A stretch of 64,000 nt of DNA from Myxococcota bacterium (GTDB lineage: Bacteria; Myxococcota_A; UBA796; CAJQPC01). The notes below the pieces were generated by a model that was not told where the DNA came from, ran no database searches, and saw only the letters and a program-made list of their open reading frames with translations. The stretch's first letter is position 1. Each line of letters starts with the position of its first letter. The DNA lies in the NCBI GenBank assembly GCA_036229005.1, contig JAZAMN010000052.1, forward strand, positions 224,001 through 288,000. The letters run 5' to 3'. The position numbers and the translations under genes were made by a program. Below, piece by piece: positions 28,790 to 38,116 of the stretch.

Positions 28790-29428
28790 ATGAAGTTCAT
28801 CGCCGGCCTGGGCAACCCCGGACGCAAGTACGCCGGGACCCGACACAACGTCGGGTTCCTGGTCGTCGAGCGTCTGGCGGAGCGCTGGGGCATCGACTGC
28901 AGCAAGCTGCAGCACGGTGCTCTGGTGGGCTCGGGATCCATCCGGCATGAGAAGGCGGTGCTGATTCAGCCCCAGACCTTCATGAACCGCTCGGGACACC
29001 CGACTCGCTCGGTGGTGGGTTTCTACAAGGCTGGCGTCGAGGACCTGTTGGTCGTGCACGATGAGCTGGACCTCCCCTTTGGCACTGTGCGTGTCAAGCA
29101 GGGTGGGGGACACGGTGGGCACAATGGCCTGCGTGATCTGCACAAGCACTTTGGCGGCGGGAACTACGTTCGGATTCGGGTCGGCATCGGCCGTCCCCCC
29201 GAAGGCTGGGACACCGCTGACTATGTGCTCGGCAAGTGGGCCCCTGGTGAGAAGGATGATCTGCCCAGCGTGGTGGATCTGGCCGCCGATGCGGTCGAGT
29301 CCATCCTCGCAGAGGGGGCAGGTGCTGCCGCGAACCGGTTCAACGTCCGCCCCGGCAGGGGCAGGAGTGCGACGTCGTCCCAGGTATATGATTCCGCATC
29401 GACCACTCCGGTCGCAGGAGAATCATGA
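28790..29428 (+). CDS. pth: Peptidyl-tRNA hydrolase
   Basis: [34 protein letters not shown]. Confidence 0.97.
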   Translation: MKFIAGLGNPGRKYAGTRHNVGFLVVERLAERWGIDCSKLQHGALVGSGSIRHEKAVLIQPQTFMNRSGHPTRSVVGFYKAGVEDLLVVHDELDLPFGTVRVKQGGGHGGHNGLRDLHKHFGGGNYVRIRVGIGRPPEGWDTADYVLGKWAPGEKDDLPSVVDLAADAVESILAEGAGAAANRFNVRPGRGRSATSSQVYDSASTTPVAGES

Positions 29429-31539
29429 TGGAACCTATCGTCTACGCAGTCCCTGGCGCCGCAGTGCTCGCCCTCGCCTACGCCTTCTGGAAGTCCGCCT
29501 GGGTCTCCAAGCAGGACCACGGCACGGCCGAGATGAAGGAGATCGCCGATCAGATCCAGACCGGCGCGATGGCCTTCCTGGCTCGTGAGTACAAGACCTT
29601 GGCCATCTTCGTGGTCATCGTCGCTGGGCTCCTGGCAGTGGCCAACCTCTCTGGTGAGAACCAGAGCCCCGTCATCGCCCTGTCCTTCGTCATCGGCGCC
29701 ATCGCGTCAGGTGCCGCTGGCTACGTGGGCATGAAGGTCGCGACCAACGCCAACGTCCGGACCACCGCTGCCGCCCGCAAGAGCCTCCCCGAGGCCCTGG
29801 ACGTCGCGTTCTCCGGTGGCGCTGTCATGGGCATGACCGTGGTCGGCTTGGCCATCCTCGGTCTGACCGGTCTCTTCTTCCTCTACCACTTCGTCATGTT
29901 CGGCGACGACTGGAAGACCATCCTCAACGTCCTCACCGGCTTCTCGATGGGTGCCTCCTCCATCGCGCTCTTCGCGCGCGTGGGCGGCGGCATCTACACG
30001 AAGGCTGCCGACGTGGGCGCTGACCTGGTCGGCAAGGTCGAGGCCGGCCTGCCTGAGGACGACCCCCGGAACCCCGCCGTCATCGCTGACAACGTTGGTG
30101 ACAACGTCGGCGATGTGGCAGGCATGGGCGCCGACCTCTTCGAGTCCTACGTGGGCGCCATCATCGGCGCCATGGTGCTGGGCCTGGGCCTCAACGTCCA
30201 GGCGGGTGAGAGCGATCTCGCCCCGGTCATCCTGCCCCTGCTCATCGCGGGCGGTGGCATCGTGGCCTCCATCATCGGCACCTTCTTCGTGAAGACCAAG
30301 GAGGGGGGCAACCCCCAGATCGCTCTGGACATCGGCGCCTTCGGTGCTGCCGGTGCCATGGCTATCGCCACCTTCGGTCTGGCCTACGCCTTCTGGCCTG
30401 CAAGCGGCGTGACCGCACCCGGCTCCGCCCTCGTCGTCGAGTGGTGGCAGGTGGGTGCAGCGACCGTCGCTGGTCTTGCTGCTGGTGTCGCCATCGGTCT
30501 GGTGACCTCGTACTACTGCTCCATGGGCAAGCGCCCTGTGAACAGCATCGCCGAGCAGTCCCGCACCGGTGAGGCCACCAACATCATCGCCGGCCTGGCT
30601 GTAGGCATGGAGTCCACCGCCATCCCCGTGCTGCTCATCGCAGTCGGAGTGGTCGCTGCGAACGCCTTCGCTGGTCTCTACGGTGTCGCGATCGCGGCCC
30701 TGGGCATGCTCTCCACCACCGGCATCCAGCTGGCTGTGGACGCCTACGGTCCTATCGCTGACAACGCTGGTGGCATCGCTGAGATGTCCCACCAGGAGCC
30801 CATCGTGCGCGAGCGCACCGACAAGCTGGACGCTGTGGGCAACACCACCGCGGCCATCGGCAAGGGCTTCGCCATCGGTTCTGCAGCCATGACCGCCCTG
30901 GCGCTGTTCGCTGCCTTCATGCAGACCTCCGGTCTGGACAAGATCGACATCAGCCAGCCCATGGTGATGGCCGGTCTCTTCCTCGGAGGCATGCTGCCCT
31001 TCCTCTTCTCCTCGATGGCCATGAAGGCCGTCGGCGAAGCCGCGATGGAGATGATCGAAGAGGTCCGCCGTCAGTTCCGTGAGATCGACGGCCTCCTCGA
31101 GGGCAAGGCAAAGCCGGACACCGCCCGCTGCGTGGACATCTCCACCAGCGCTGCCATCAAGCAGATGGTCGTTCCTGGTCTGCTCGCTGTGGTGAGCCCT
31201 GTCGTCATCGGCTTCGGCTTCGGCAAGGAGGCCCTCGGTGGTCTGCTGGCCGGTGTGACCGTCTCCGGTGTGCTCATGGCCATCTTCATGTCCAACGCCG
31301 GTGGCGCTTGGGACAACGCCAAGAAGTCCTTCGAAGGTGAAGGCTTCAAGATGCCCGACGGCACCTTCGAGAAGAAGGGCACCGCCACCCACGGCGCCGC
31401 TGTGGTTGGTGACACCGTTGGCGACCCTTTCAAGGACACTGCTGGTCCTTCCCTCAACATTCTCGTCAAGCTGATGAGCGTCGTGGCCTTGGTCATCGCG
31501 CCACTGCTTGCCAATTTCGACGGCCTCATCGCCTTCTAG
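29425..31539 (+). CDS. hppA: Membrane ion-translocating pyrophosphatase, K+-dependent, probably Na+-pumping
   Basis: [26 protein letters not shown] (Ala variant), [10 protein letters not shown]; many TM helices. Confidence 0.95.
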   Translation: MMEPIVYAVPGAAVLALAYAFWKSAWVSKQDHGTAEMKEIADQIQTGAMAFLAREYKTLAIFVVIVAGLLAVANLSGENQSPVIALSFVIGAIASGAAGYVGMKVATNANVRTTAAARKSLPEALDVAFSGGAVMGMTVVGLAILGLTGLFFLYHFVMFGDDWKTILNVLTGFSMGASSIALFARVGGGIYTKAADVGADLVGKVEAGLPEDDPRNPAVIADNVGDNVGDVAGMGADLFESYVGAIIGAMVLGLGLNVQAGESDLAPVILPLLIAGGGIVASIIGTFFVKTKEGGNPQIALDIGAFGAAGAMAIATFGLAYAFWPASGVTAPGSALVVEWWQVGAATVAGLAAGVAIGLVTSYYCSMGKRPVNSIAEQSRTGEATNIIAGLAVGMESTAIPVLLIAVGVVAANAFAGLYGVAIAALGMLSTTGIQLAVDAYGPIADNAGGIAEMSHQEPIVRERTDKLDAVGNTTAAIGKGFAIGSAAMTALALFAAFMQTSGLDKIDISQPMVMAGLFLGGMLPFLFSSMAMKAVGEAAMEMIEEVRRQFREIDGLLEGKAKPDTARCVDISTSAAIKQMVVPGLLAVVSPVVIGFGFGKEALGGLLAGVTVSGVLMAIFMSNAGGAWDNAKKSFEGEGFKMPDGTFEKKGTATHGAAVVGDTVGDPFKDTAGPSLNILVKLMSVVALVIAPLLANFDGLIAF

Positions 31540-31550
31540 GATAGAACTAA

Positions 31551-32042
31551 ATGCTTGTTCAGCACGAATACGAGACCATCTACGTGGTCAAGCCCGAGGT
31601 GGCCGAAGACGCCCTCAAGGGCATCTCGGAGAAGATTGAGTCCATCATCGGGGACAACGAGGGCACCCTCTTGTTCTTCGATGACTGGGGCAAGCGCAAG
31701 CTGGCCTACCCGATCCAGAAGAACTCCAAGGGTCACTACGTCTACGTCCGCTTCGCGGGCCCCGGCACCCTGGTGCCCGAGCTCGAGCGTCGGCTCCGGA
31801 TCGAGGACAAGCTCCTGCGCTTCCTGACCGTCCGCATCAACGAGGACATCGACCTCGCCGAGGCTCAGGCCGAGGCCACGGTCATCATGGAGCAGAAGGC
31901 TGTCGAGGCTGCCAAGCGCGCAGCCGAGGAGGCCGCTCGTGCTGCTGAGGAGGCCGCCTACGAGGAGATGGCTCGTCAGAAGGCCGAGGCCGCCGCTGCC
32001 CGCGGTGACTCCGATGACAACGACGCCGACAAGGAGGACTGA
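31551..32042 (+). CDS. rpsF: 30S ribosomal protein bS6 with long C-terminal extension
   Basis: YETIYVVKP, WGKRKLAYPIQK..KGHY, LLRFLTVR. Confidence 0.95.
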   Translation: MLVQHEYETIYVVKPEVAEDALKGISEKIESIIGDNEGTLLFFDDWGKRKLAYPIQKNSKGHYVYVRFAGPGTLVPELERRLRIEDKLLRFLTVRINEDIDLAEAQAEATVIMEQKAVEAAKRAAEEAARAAEEAAYEEMARQKAEAAAARGDSDDNDADKED

Positions 32043-32045
32043 GTC

Positions 32046-32489
32046 ATGAAGGTCATCCTGCAGGAAGACGTCCAGCACTGCGGCGTGGTCGGTGACGTGG
32101 TGAACGTCGCTGACGGCTACGGCCGCAACTACCTGATCCCCCGCGGTCTGGCTGTCCTGGCCGACGAGCGCAGCGTCAAGCGCCTGGAGCACCAGAAGCG
32201 CGTGACCGCGGCTCGCCGCGCCCGCATCGAGGGTGAGAGCAAGGCCATGGCCGAGCAGCTCGCCAACGTCGCGGTGTCCATCAAGCGCGCTGCCGGCGAC
32301 GAGGACAAGCTCTTCGGCTCCGTCACCACCAAGGACATCGCCGAGGCCCTGGCCGCTGAGGGCTTCGAGGTGGATCGCAAGTCCATCCACCTCGACGACG
32401 CCATCCGCAGCATCGGCGTGCACCACGCCGGCATCAAGCTGCCCATGGGTGTTGAGGCCAACATCAAGGTCTACGTCATCCGCGAGTGA
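32046..32489 (+). CDS. rplI: 50S ribosomal protein bL9
   Basis: MKVILQEDV, VADGYGRNYLIPRG, KLFGSVT. Confidence 0.97.
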   Translation: MKVILQEDVQHCGVVGDVVNVADGYGRNYLIPRGLAVLADERSVKRLEHQKRVTAARRARIEGESKAMAEQLANVAVSIKRAAGDEDKLFGSVTTKDIAEALAAEGFEVDRKSIHLDDAIRSIGVHHAGIKLPMGVEANIKVYVIRE

Positions 32490-32505
32490 CGGACTGACCT
32501 TGGTC

Positions 32506-32550
32506 AAGGAGGGCGTCGTGGCGATTCGCTGCGGCGCCCTTCCTTTCTCT
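32506..32550 (+). terminator. Intrinsic terminator after rplI
   Basis: aggagggcgtcgtggcga / tcgctgcggcgcccttcct hairpin followed by TTCTCT. Confidence 0.65.
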
Positions 32551-32639
32551 GGGGACCAGGCGTGGAACGCGACCGGGTGACCTCGCCGGGACAGGTGGGG
32601 CCGGGATGTTCTGGTTAGCTTGGGGGGGTAGAGGTGTAG

Positions 32640-33983
32640 ATGTCTGTCGAAGCGCAGCGCCAGTTCCCTCAGTCCCTCGAAGCCGAACGTGCGGTGCTCG
32701 GCGGGCTGCTGATGGACCACGAGCAGATCCCGTCCGTGGGGGAGCTGCTCAACCCGCAGGACTTCTACAGCGCGGCCCACACCAAGATCTTCGAGATCAT
32801 GCTGGCCCAGAGCTCCAAGGGCGAGCCCTTCGACGTGCTCGGGCTGCACGACCACGTGGTCTCGGCCAACGCGGCGGAGGACTTCGGCGGGCTGTCCTAC
32901 ATCACCTCGCTCCCCGAGCACTGCCCCAGCACGGAGAACCTGGAGTACTACGCAAAGCTCGTCTCCGAGAAGGCCATCCTGCGGCGCCTGCTGGCGGTCT
33001 CCGCGGAGATCAACAAGCGGGTCATGGACGGCTCCGAGGACCTGGCCGAGGTCCTCAACTACGCCGAGCAGGAGGTCTTCCAGGTCGCCCAGAACAAGGG
33101 CAAGAAGGACTGGCAGGCCCTGGGCACCCTGCTGGACGAGGAGTGGGTCAAGCTCGAGCAGCGCGCCGCCCACAGCGGGGATGTCACCGGTATCCCCACC
33201 GGCTTCATCGACCTGGATCGCATGCTCGCCGGCCTGCAGCCCTCCGACCTTCTGATCCTCGCCGCCCGCCCGGCGATGGGCAAGACCGCGTTCGCCCTGA
33301 ACATCGCGCAGCGTGCGGCGCTCGGGGGCTACGGCGTCGGGGTCTTCTCATTGGAGATGGCCGCGGGGCAGCTCGCGATGCGTGTGCTGGGCTCCCACGC
33401 CCGGGTGGACGCCGGAAAGCTCCGTACCGGCATGCTCTCCCGCAGCGAGGACTGGCCGCGCCTGGAGAACGCCAACGAGGAGCTCTTCCACACGCCCATG
33501 TTCATCGAGGACACGCCGGGCCTCTCCATCACCCAGGTGCGCTCCAAGGCCCGCCGTCTCAAGGCCCAGAACCCCAAGCTCGGCCTGATCGTCATCGACT
33601 ACCTGCAGCTCATGAGCGCCAACGCCCAGAGCCGCGAGCAGGAGATCTCGGCCATCTCCCGTGGCCTCAAGCACATGGCCAAGGAGCTCCACGTCCCGGT
33701 GCTGGCCCTCTCCCAGCTCAACCGTGCCGTCGAGCAGCGCGCCGACAAGCGCCCCATGGTCAGCGACCTGCGTGAGTCCGGCGCCATCGAGCAGGACGCG
33801 GACATCATCATGTTCATCTACCGAGACGAGTACTACAACCCGGAGACCACCCAGGAGCCCAACGTCGCGGAGATCATCATCGCCAAGCAGCGAAACGGCC
33901 CCACGGGCACCGTGAAGCTCTTCTTCGAGGGCAAGCACACCCGCTTTGAGAACCTCGAGCAGAACATGGGGTACGCGGAGTGA
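32640..33983 (+). CDS. dnaB: Replicative DNA helicase
   Basis: PQSLEAERAVLG, AARPAMGKT, IDYLQLM, LSQLNR, DLRESGAIEQDAD. Confidence 0.98.
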   Translation: MSVEAQRQFPQSLEAERAVLGGLLMDHEQIPSVGELLNPQDFYSAAHTKIFEIMLAQSSKGEPFDVLGLHDHVVSANAAEDFGGLSYITSLPEHCPSTENLEYYAKLVSEKAILRRLLAVSAEINKRVMDGSEDLAEVLNYAEQEVFQVAQNKGKKDWQALGTLLDEEWVKLEQRAAHSGDVTGIPTGFIDLDRMLAGLQPSDLLILAARPAMGKTAFALNIAQRAALGGYGVGVFSLEMAAGQLAMRVLGSHARVDAGKLRTGMLSRSEDWPRLENANEELFHTPMFIEDTPGLSITQVRSKARRLKAQNPKLGLIVIDYLQLMSANAQSREQEISAISRGLKHMAKELHVPVLALSQLNRAVEQRADKRPMVSDLRESGAIEQDADIIMFIYRDEYYNPETTQEPNVAEIIIAKQRNGPTGTVKLFFEGKHTRFENLEQNMGYAE

Positions 33984-34594
33984 GCGGGGCCCTCCTGCTG
34001 GCTGCAATCACCGCCCTGGATCCCGGTGACCAGATGCACCTCGAGCTCGTCGGCGACGGCGAGGTCACCGGTATGCTGGCCGAGGTGGGGACGCAGTCGC
34101 TGGTGCTGACCGGGGGGAACCAGCGCACGGAGGTCCCGCTGGCGCTGGTCGAGGCGGCCTGGGTGGACGGCGCCCCGATGGATCTCCCCACCCTGCACCG
34201 AGAGGTGGGTGACCTGCATCACCGCCAGGAGCTGGAGCTGGCCGCATTGGCCGCGCACACGCCCAACCCCTTCCTGGTCGTGGGCAGCTCGCTGCTGCTG
34301 CCGGGGAGTGGTCACCTGATGCTGGGGGAGCGCTCAGAGGGGTGGGGCTACATCGCGGTCACCTCCATCATCTGGGGGACCGGGGCCTGGCTCATGTACA
34401 GCGAGAACTACCAGCCCCTGCTGCCCCTCGCTGGGGTGGATCTGCTGTTCAGGACCTACGCCACCGCGGACGCCGCGATCCTCACGCGTCAGCGCCGCAC
34501 GCGCCTGGGCTTGTCGGTGCACCAGAGCGGACTGGGGGTGCAGCTCTACCGCCCCCTGGGCGCGATCCCGGAGCCGCCGCCGGGCGTGCCTTGA
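33980..34594 (+). CDS. Hypothetical membrane protein
   Basis: GTGA overlap with dnaB; SLLLPGSGHL followed by two hydrophobic segments. Confidence 0.6.
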   Translation: MSGALLLAAITALDPGDQMHLELVGDGEVTGMLAEVGTQSLVLTGGNQRTEVPLALVEAAWVDGAPMDLPTLHREVGDLHHRQELELAALAAHTPNPFLVVGSSLLLPGSGHLMLGERSEGWGYIAVTSIIWGTGAWLMYSENYQPLLPLAGVDLLFRTYATADAAILTRQRRTRLGLSVHQSGLGVQLYRPLGAIPEPPPGVP

Positions 34595-34682
34595 CGGCGG
34601 GGTCTCGCATCCACTAAAACCGGGCTCCATTCGTCTGCCGGATGGTCAGGCGCAAGCGCATTGGGGCATTCCCCGGGAGTGG

Positions 34683-35963
34683 TTGGAGTACATGGAACAG
34701 GCTGAACTGCTGGAAGCCTTCAAGGCGAACCTCGAGGAGTACGCCAAGCTCCGGACCTTCATCAACAGGGCTCGCGAGCAGGAGGGCAAGTTCTCCTCGG
34801 CGACCATTGAGAAGGTCATCATGAAGAACGAGATCGCTTCGATCGAGGTCGGGGACACGATCCGCCCTCAGGTCACGGAGATCGAGGGCCAGATCCTCTC
34901 TCTCAGCGGCCAGATCGAAGAGGTCAACTCCAAGAAGGCGTCCGCCGACGAGGAGATGGAGGAGCTCCAGCTCCGCCAGGCCATCGGTGAGCTCTCCGAC
35001 GAGGAGTTCGAGACCGAGGCCGCTTCCTTCAAGGAGGAGCTCGAGGCCGCCGGTCAGCGCCTCGAGGATCTCGAGTCCCAGCGCACCAACTTCTCCGAGG
35101 CGCTGGCCCTTTGGGTCGAGCTCGCCACCGACGCGGAGCACGAGACGGGTGTGAGCGGCTCCGAGCCCGAGCCTGAGCCCGAGCCCGAGTCCGAGGTTGA
35201 GGACGAGGTCGAGTTCGACGCCGGCCTGGATGAGGAGGGCGCTGAGGTCGAGTTCGAGGACGTGGCTGAGTTCGACGAGATCAAGCCCGCTCCCGTCGAG
35301 GACTTCGGCGAGAGCGACGAGGAGGTCCTGTTCACCGAGGAGCCCAACGACGACGGCGTGCACTCCAGCACCGAGCACATCCGTGAGGATCTCTCCGGTG
35401 TCTTTGGTGATGACGTCGCCGCCAGCGTCCGCGTGGGCGAGGAGGAGGAGGTCATCTCCATCGAGGCCGGCGAGGCCGCCGAGGACGCCGAGGACGGTGA
35501 GTCCGTTGACGTTGACTTCGGCTTCGAAGGGGACGAGGAGGACATCCTGGGCGGCGACGTCGAAGATGTCGAGATCGACCTCGTGGGCGATGCGGATGAC
35601 CTGGGTCTGGACGACGACGAGATCCCGGGCGCCGACGATGAGGCACCGGCCGCTGGCGACGACAACCGCCGCGCGCTCCTGATCTACCAGGAGGGCACCG
35701 CCGAGGAGCAGATCTACCCCTTCATGGGTGACACGTTGACCATCGGTCGCGGTCGGGACAACGACATCCAGATCAAGAACGACTCCAAGGTCAGCCGCTA
35801 CCACTGCAAGGTGTTCCGCCGCGGCGACAACTTCTACATCGAGGACAACAAGTCCTCGAACGGCTCCCTGGTCAACGGTGAGCTGATCACGGAGCGTCGT
35901 CTCTTCGGTGGGGAGGAGGTCATCATCGGAGAGACCTTCTTCCGGTTCCGCATCATGGAGTGA
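34683..35963 (+). CDS. Coiled-coil / acidic linker / C-terminal FHA domain protein
   Basis: TIGRGRDNDIQI...VSRYHC...DNKSSNGSLVNG (FHA); heptad-rich N-terminus; TTGACG-N18-TAAAAC promoter at 34591-34620. Confidence 0.9.
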   Translation: MEYMEQAELLEAFKANLEEYAKLRTFINRAREQEGKFSSATIEKVIMKNEIASIEVGDTIRPQVTEIEGQILSLSGQIEEVNSKKASADEEMEELQLRQAIGELSDEEFETEAASFKEELEAAGQRLEDLESQRTNFSEALALWVELATDAEHETGVSGSEPEPEPEPESEVEDEVEFDAGLDEEGAEVEFEDVAEFDEIKPAPVEDFGESDEEVLFTEEPNDDGVHSSTEHIREDLSGVFGDDVAASVRVGEEEEVISIEAGEAAEDAEDGESVDVDFGFEGDEEDILGGDVEDVEIDLVGDADDLGLDDDEIPGADDEAPAAGDDNRRALLIYQEGTAEEQIYPFMGDTLTIGRGRDNDIQIKNDSKVSRYHCKVFRRGDNFYIEDNKSSNGSLVNGELITERRLFGGEEVIIGETFFRFRIME

Positions 35964-35983
35964 TCGCGCCTGGCGATCACTGA

Positions 35984-36010
35984 GACGGGGTCCTCCGGGA
36001 CCCCGTTCTT
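35984..36010 (+). terminator. Intrinsic terminator after FHA gene
   Basis: gacggggtcc-tccg-ggaccccgtt followed by CTT. Confidence 0.65.
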
Positions 36011-36026
36011 GTCTCTGGGGTTTCTC

Positions 36027-36569
36027 ATGCTCAGCGCTGCCCTGCAGGACCCGACCTGGGGTTCTTGGCTTCAACACGCGGCGGCCCAGGCCGGGGTCGA
36101 GCTCAGTCGGGACGACGCGCTGAGTTGGTGGCGCCGGGATCTCGTCCTGGTCGGGCCCGAAGCCCGGCTCATTCAGGCCCTCCCAAACCTCAGTGCGGTC
36201 TGGCTGCCGATGGTTGTTGGGGTGGGGGAGTGCCCCAGTGAGCCCGCCGCGGTGTGGTGCGAAGGCTGGCTGCGCGCGGGAGATGTCTCAGGTCTGGCTC
36301 GGCTGCTCCCGAGGGCTGCGCGGGCCGGAGCGCAACGCAGGACGCTCAGGCGCTGCCTCGCGCACGACCTGCGTGGGCCAATCGGTGTGGTGTCCGGGTA
36401 CTGCGAGCTGCTGTCCGAGCAGCTCCTGGGCGCCCTGGAGGAGAAGCAGCTCGGAGCGGTCAGCAAGATCCAGGACCAGAACGAGCGGCTGCTCAGAGCC
36501 ATGGAAGACCTCGCGCTGGTCGTTGGTCCTCCGGATGGGGTCACGGACCCTACGCGCCCGGCGGTGTAG
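36027..36569 (+). CDS. Small protein with HisKA phosphoacceptor domain, no ATPase domain
   Basis: H-box LAHDLRGPIGVVSGYCELL...LEEKQ; ORF ends about 50 aa later with no N/G boxes. Confidence 0.6.
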   Translation: MLSAALQDPTWGSWLQHAAAQAGVELSRDDALSWWRRDLVLVGPEARLIQALPNLSAVWLPMVVGVGECPSEPAAVWCEGWLRAGDVSGLARLLPRAARAGAQRRTLRRCLAHDLRGPIGVVSGYCELLSEQLLGALEEKQLGAVSKIQDQNERLLRAMEDLALVVGPPDGVTDPTRPAV

Positions 36570-36578
36570 ACTGCAGCC

Positions 36579-37178
36579 ATGGGTACCAAAGACTCCAGCG
36601 ACCAGCGCTTTCTGACGACCCACCAAGTCGCGAAGCTGTTGGGCGTCAGCCTGCCCACCGTCGTCAACTGGGTGAACGCCGGCAAGCTGAGCGCACACCG
36701 CACGCCTGGTGGGCATCGCCGCATCGCGCGCTCGGACCTGCTCCGCTTCGCGCGGGACTTCAACTATCCGCTGTCCCAGGACTTCCTGCGGGAGCTGGTC
36801 GGGACGCCCAGGATCCTGGTGGTGGACGACGAGGCCGACTTCTGCGAGATGGTCCGGGACTATCTGCAGATCAAGGGGCCCTTCGAAGTGCAGGTCGCCC
36901 ACAGCGGCTTCAAGGCCGGGCTCCGGGTCGCCACCTTCAAGCCGGACCTGATCCTCATGGACATCATGATGCCGGGCATGGACGGCTTCGCGGTGTTGCA
37001 GACGCTGCGAGACAGCCCCGACACCCGCGCCATCCCGGTGATCGCCTGCACCGCCTTCAAGGACCCTGAGATCGACGCCCGGATCGAGCAGGAGGACTTC
37101 AGCGGCTTCGTGCGCAAGCCTCTGCGTCTGGACGAGCTGCTCGCGGAGATCCGGTCCCAGCTCAAGCTGGAGGCCTGA
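36579..37178 (+). CDS. Excisionase-type HTH plus receiver domain response regulator
   Basis: LTTHQVAKLLGVSLPTVVNWVNAGKL..HRTPGGHRR; ILVVDDE, LMDIMMPGMDG, KP. Confidence 0.9.
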   Translation: MGTKDSSDQRFLTTHQVAKLLGVSLPTVVNWVNAGKLSAHRTPGGHRRIARSDLLRFARDFNYPLSQDFLRELVGTPRILVVDDEADFCEMVRDYLQIKGPFEVQVAHSGFKAGLRVATFKPDLILMDIMMPGMDGFAVLQTLRDSPDTRAIPVIACTAFKDPEIDARIEQEDFSGFVRKPLRLDELLAEIRSQLKLEA

Positions 37179-37187
37179 AGATCCCGT

Positions 37188-38012
37188 TCAGCGCAGGGCG
37201 GGGGCCACTGCGTCCCCTTGGCGCGCGGGCAGGTCCTTTGAGGACATGGGAGCGGGGGGCTGCTGGTGACCTCGCCGAACCAGGATCAGTTCGGCGGCGA
37301 TGGACACCGCGATCTCAGCGGGGGTTTGGGCGCCGAGGCTGAGTCCCACGGGTGCGCTCAGCTTCGTGAACAGCCCGGGATCCATGCCCGCGACCTGGAG
37401 GCGCTGGAAGAAGCGCGTGACCTTGGCCCGCGACCCGATCATCCCAAGGTACGCGAAGGGGAGGGGCAGCAAGGCCTCCACAAGGTCTTGGTCGAGCTGG
37501 TGATCGTGGGTCAGGATCAGCCCGTAGTCAGCAGGTCCGAGCGCAGGGAGATGGAGGCGGGGGTCGCCTTCGTGCCGCTGGAAGTCTGCGAATGCCGGGT
37601 GCTCCAGCAGCTCAGGGCGGGGGTCGTAGACCTGCACGCGGAAGCCCAAGGTGGGAAGCAGAGGGGCCAAGGCCTGGGCCACGTGGCCGGCTCCCCAAAG
37701 GTGCAGCTCAGGCTGCAGGTCCAGCACCTCGATCATCGCCTCCATCGCGCCTCCACAGCACATTCCGAGCTCTTTGGTGAGGTTGCGGGCCACCCGGCGG
37801 TTCTCGCGCAGCTCCAGGGCCTCCAGGGCCTCGGAGACCAGCAGATGCTCCCAGGCGCCACCCCCGACGGTTCCGGTTGTGGTGCCGTCCGCGTACACCA
37901 GCATCCGCGCCCCGCCGCGCCTGGGGACCGAGCCCTTGACGCCAATCACCGTCACCAGTGCCGCTGGGGTGCCGCTCTGGCTGGCTTCGGCAGCAGCGAT
38001 CAGGACTCTCAT
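37188..38012 (-). CDS. xdhC: XdhC/CoxI family molybdoenzyme maturation factor
   Basis: GSVPR..GARMLV, GTVGGG, LGMCCGG, WGAGHV, THDHQLD, GMIGS, TPAEIAVSI. Confidence 0.9.
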   Translation of the reverse strand: MRVLIAAAEASQSGTPAALVTVIGVKGSVPRRGGARMLVYADGTTTGTVGGGAWEHLLVSEALEALELRENRRVARNLTKELGMCCGGAMEAMIEVLDLQPELHLWGAGHVAQALAPLLPTLGFRVQVYDPRPELLEHPAFADFQRHEGDPRLHLPALGPADYGLILTHDHQLDQDLVEALLPLPFAYLGMIGSRAKVTRFFQRLQVAGMDPGLFTKLSAPVGLSLGAQTPAEIAVSIAAELILVRRGHQQPPAPMSSKDLPARQGDAVAPALR

Positions 38013-38116
38013 GGACAGCGCTCCAGCAGCGACTTCGTGTCGCCTTGGTGCCCTAACCGCGCAGACGTTTGACCGTCTCTGGGCCAGTGCCTACCATCAC
38101 CACCCTTGGAGCCCCA

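Noticed and set aside
36579..37178. Prophage excisionase
   Set aside because: The HTH is fused to a receiver domain and there are no phage or integrase genes nearby
37188..38012. Orphan xdhC as a novel system
   Set aside because: XdhC genes are often separated from their molybdoenzymes; nothing else unusual seen
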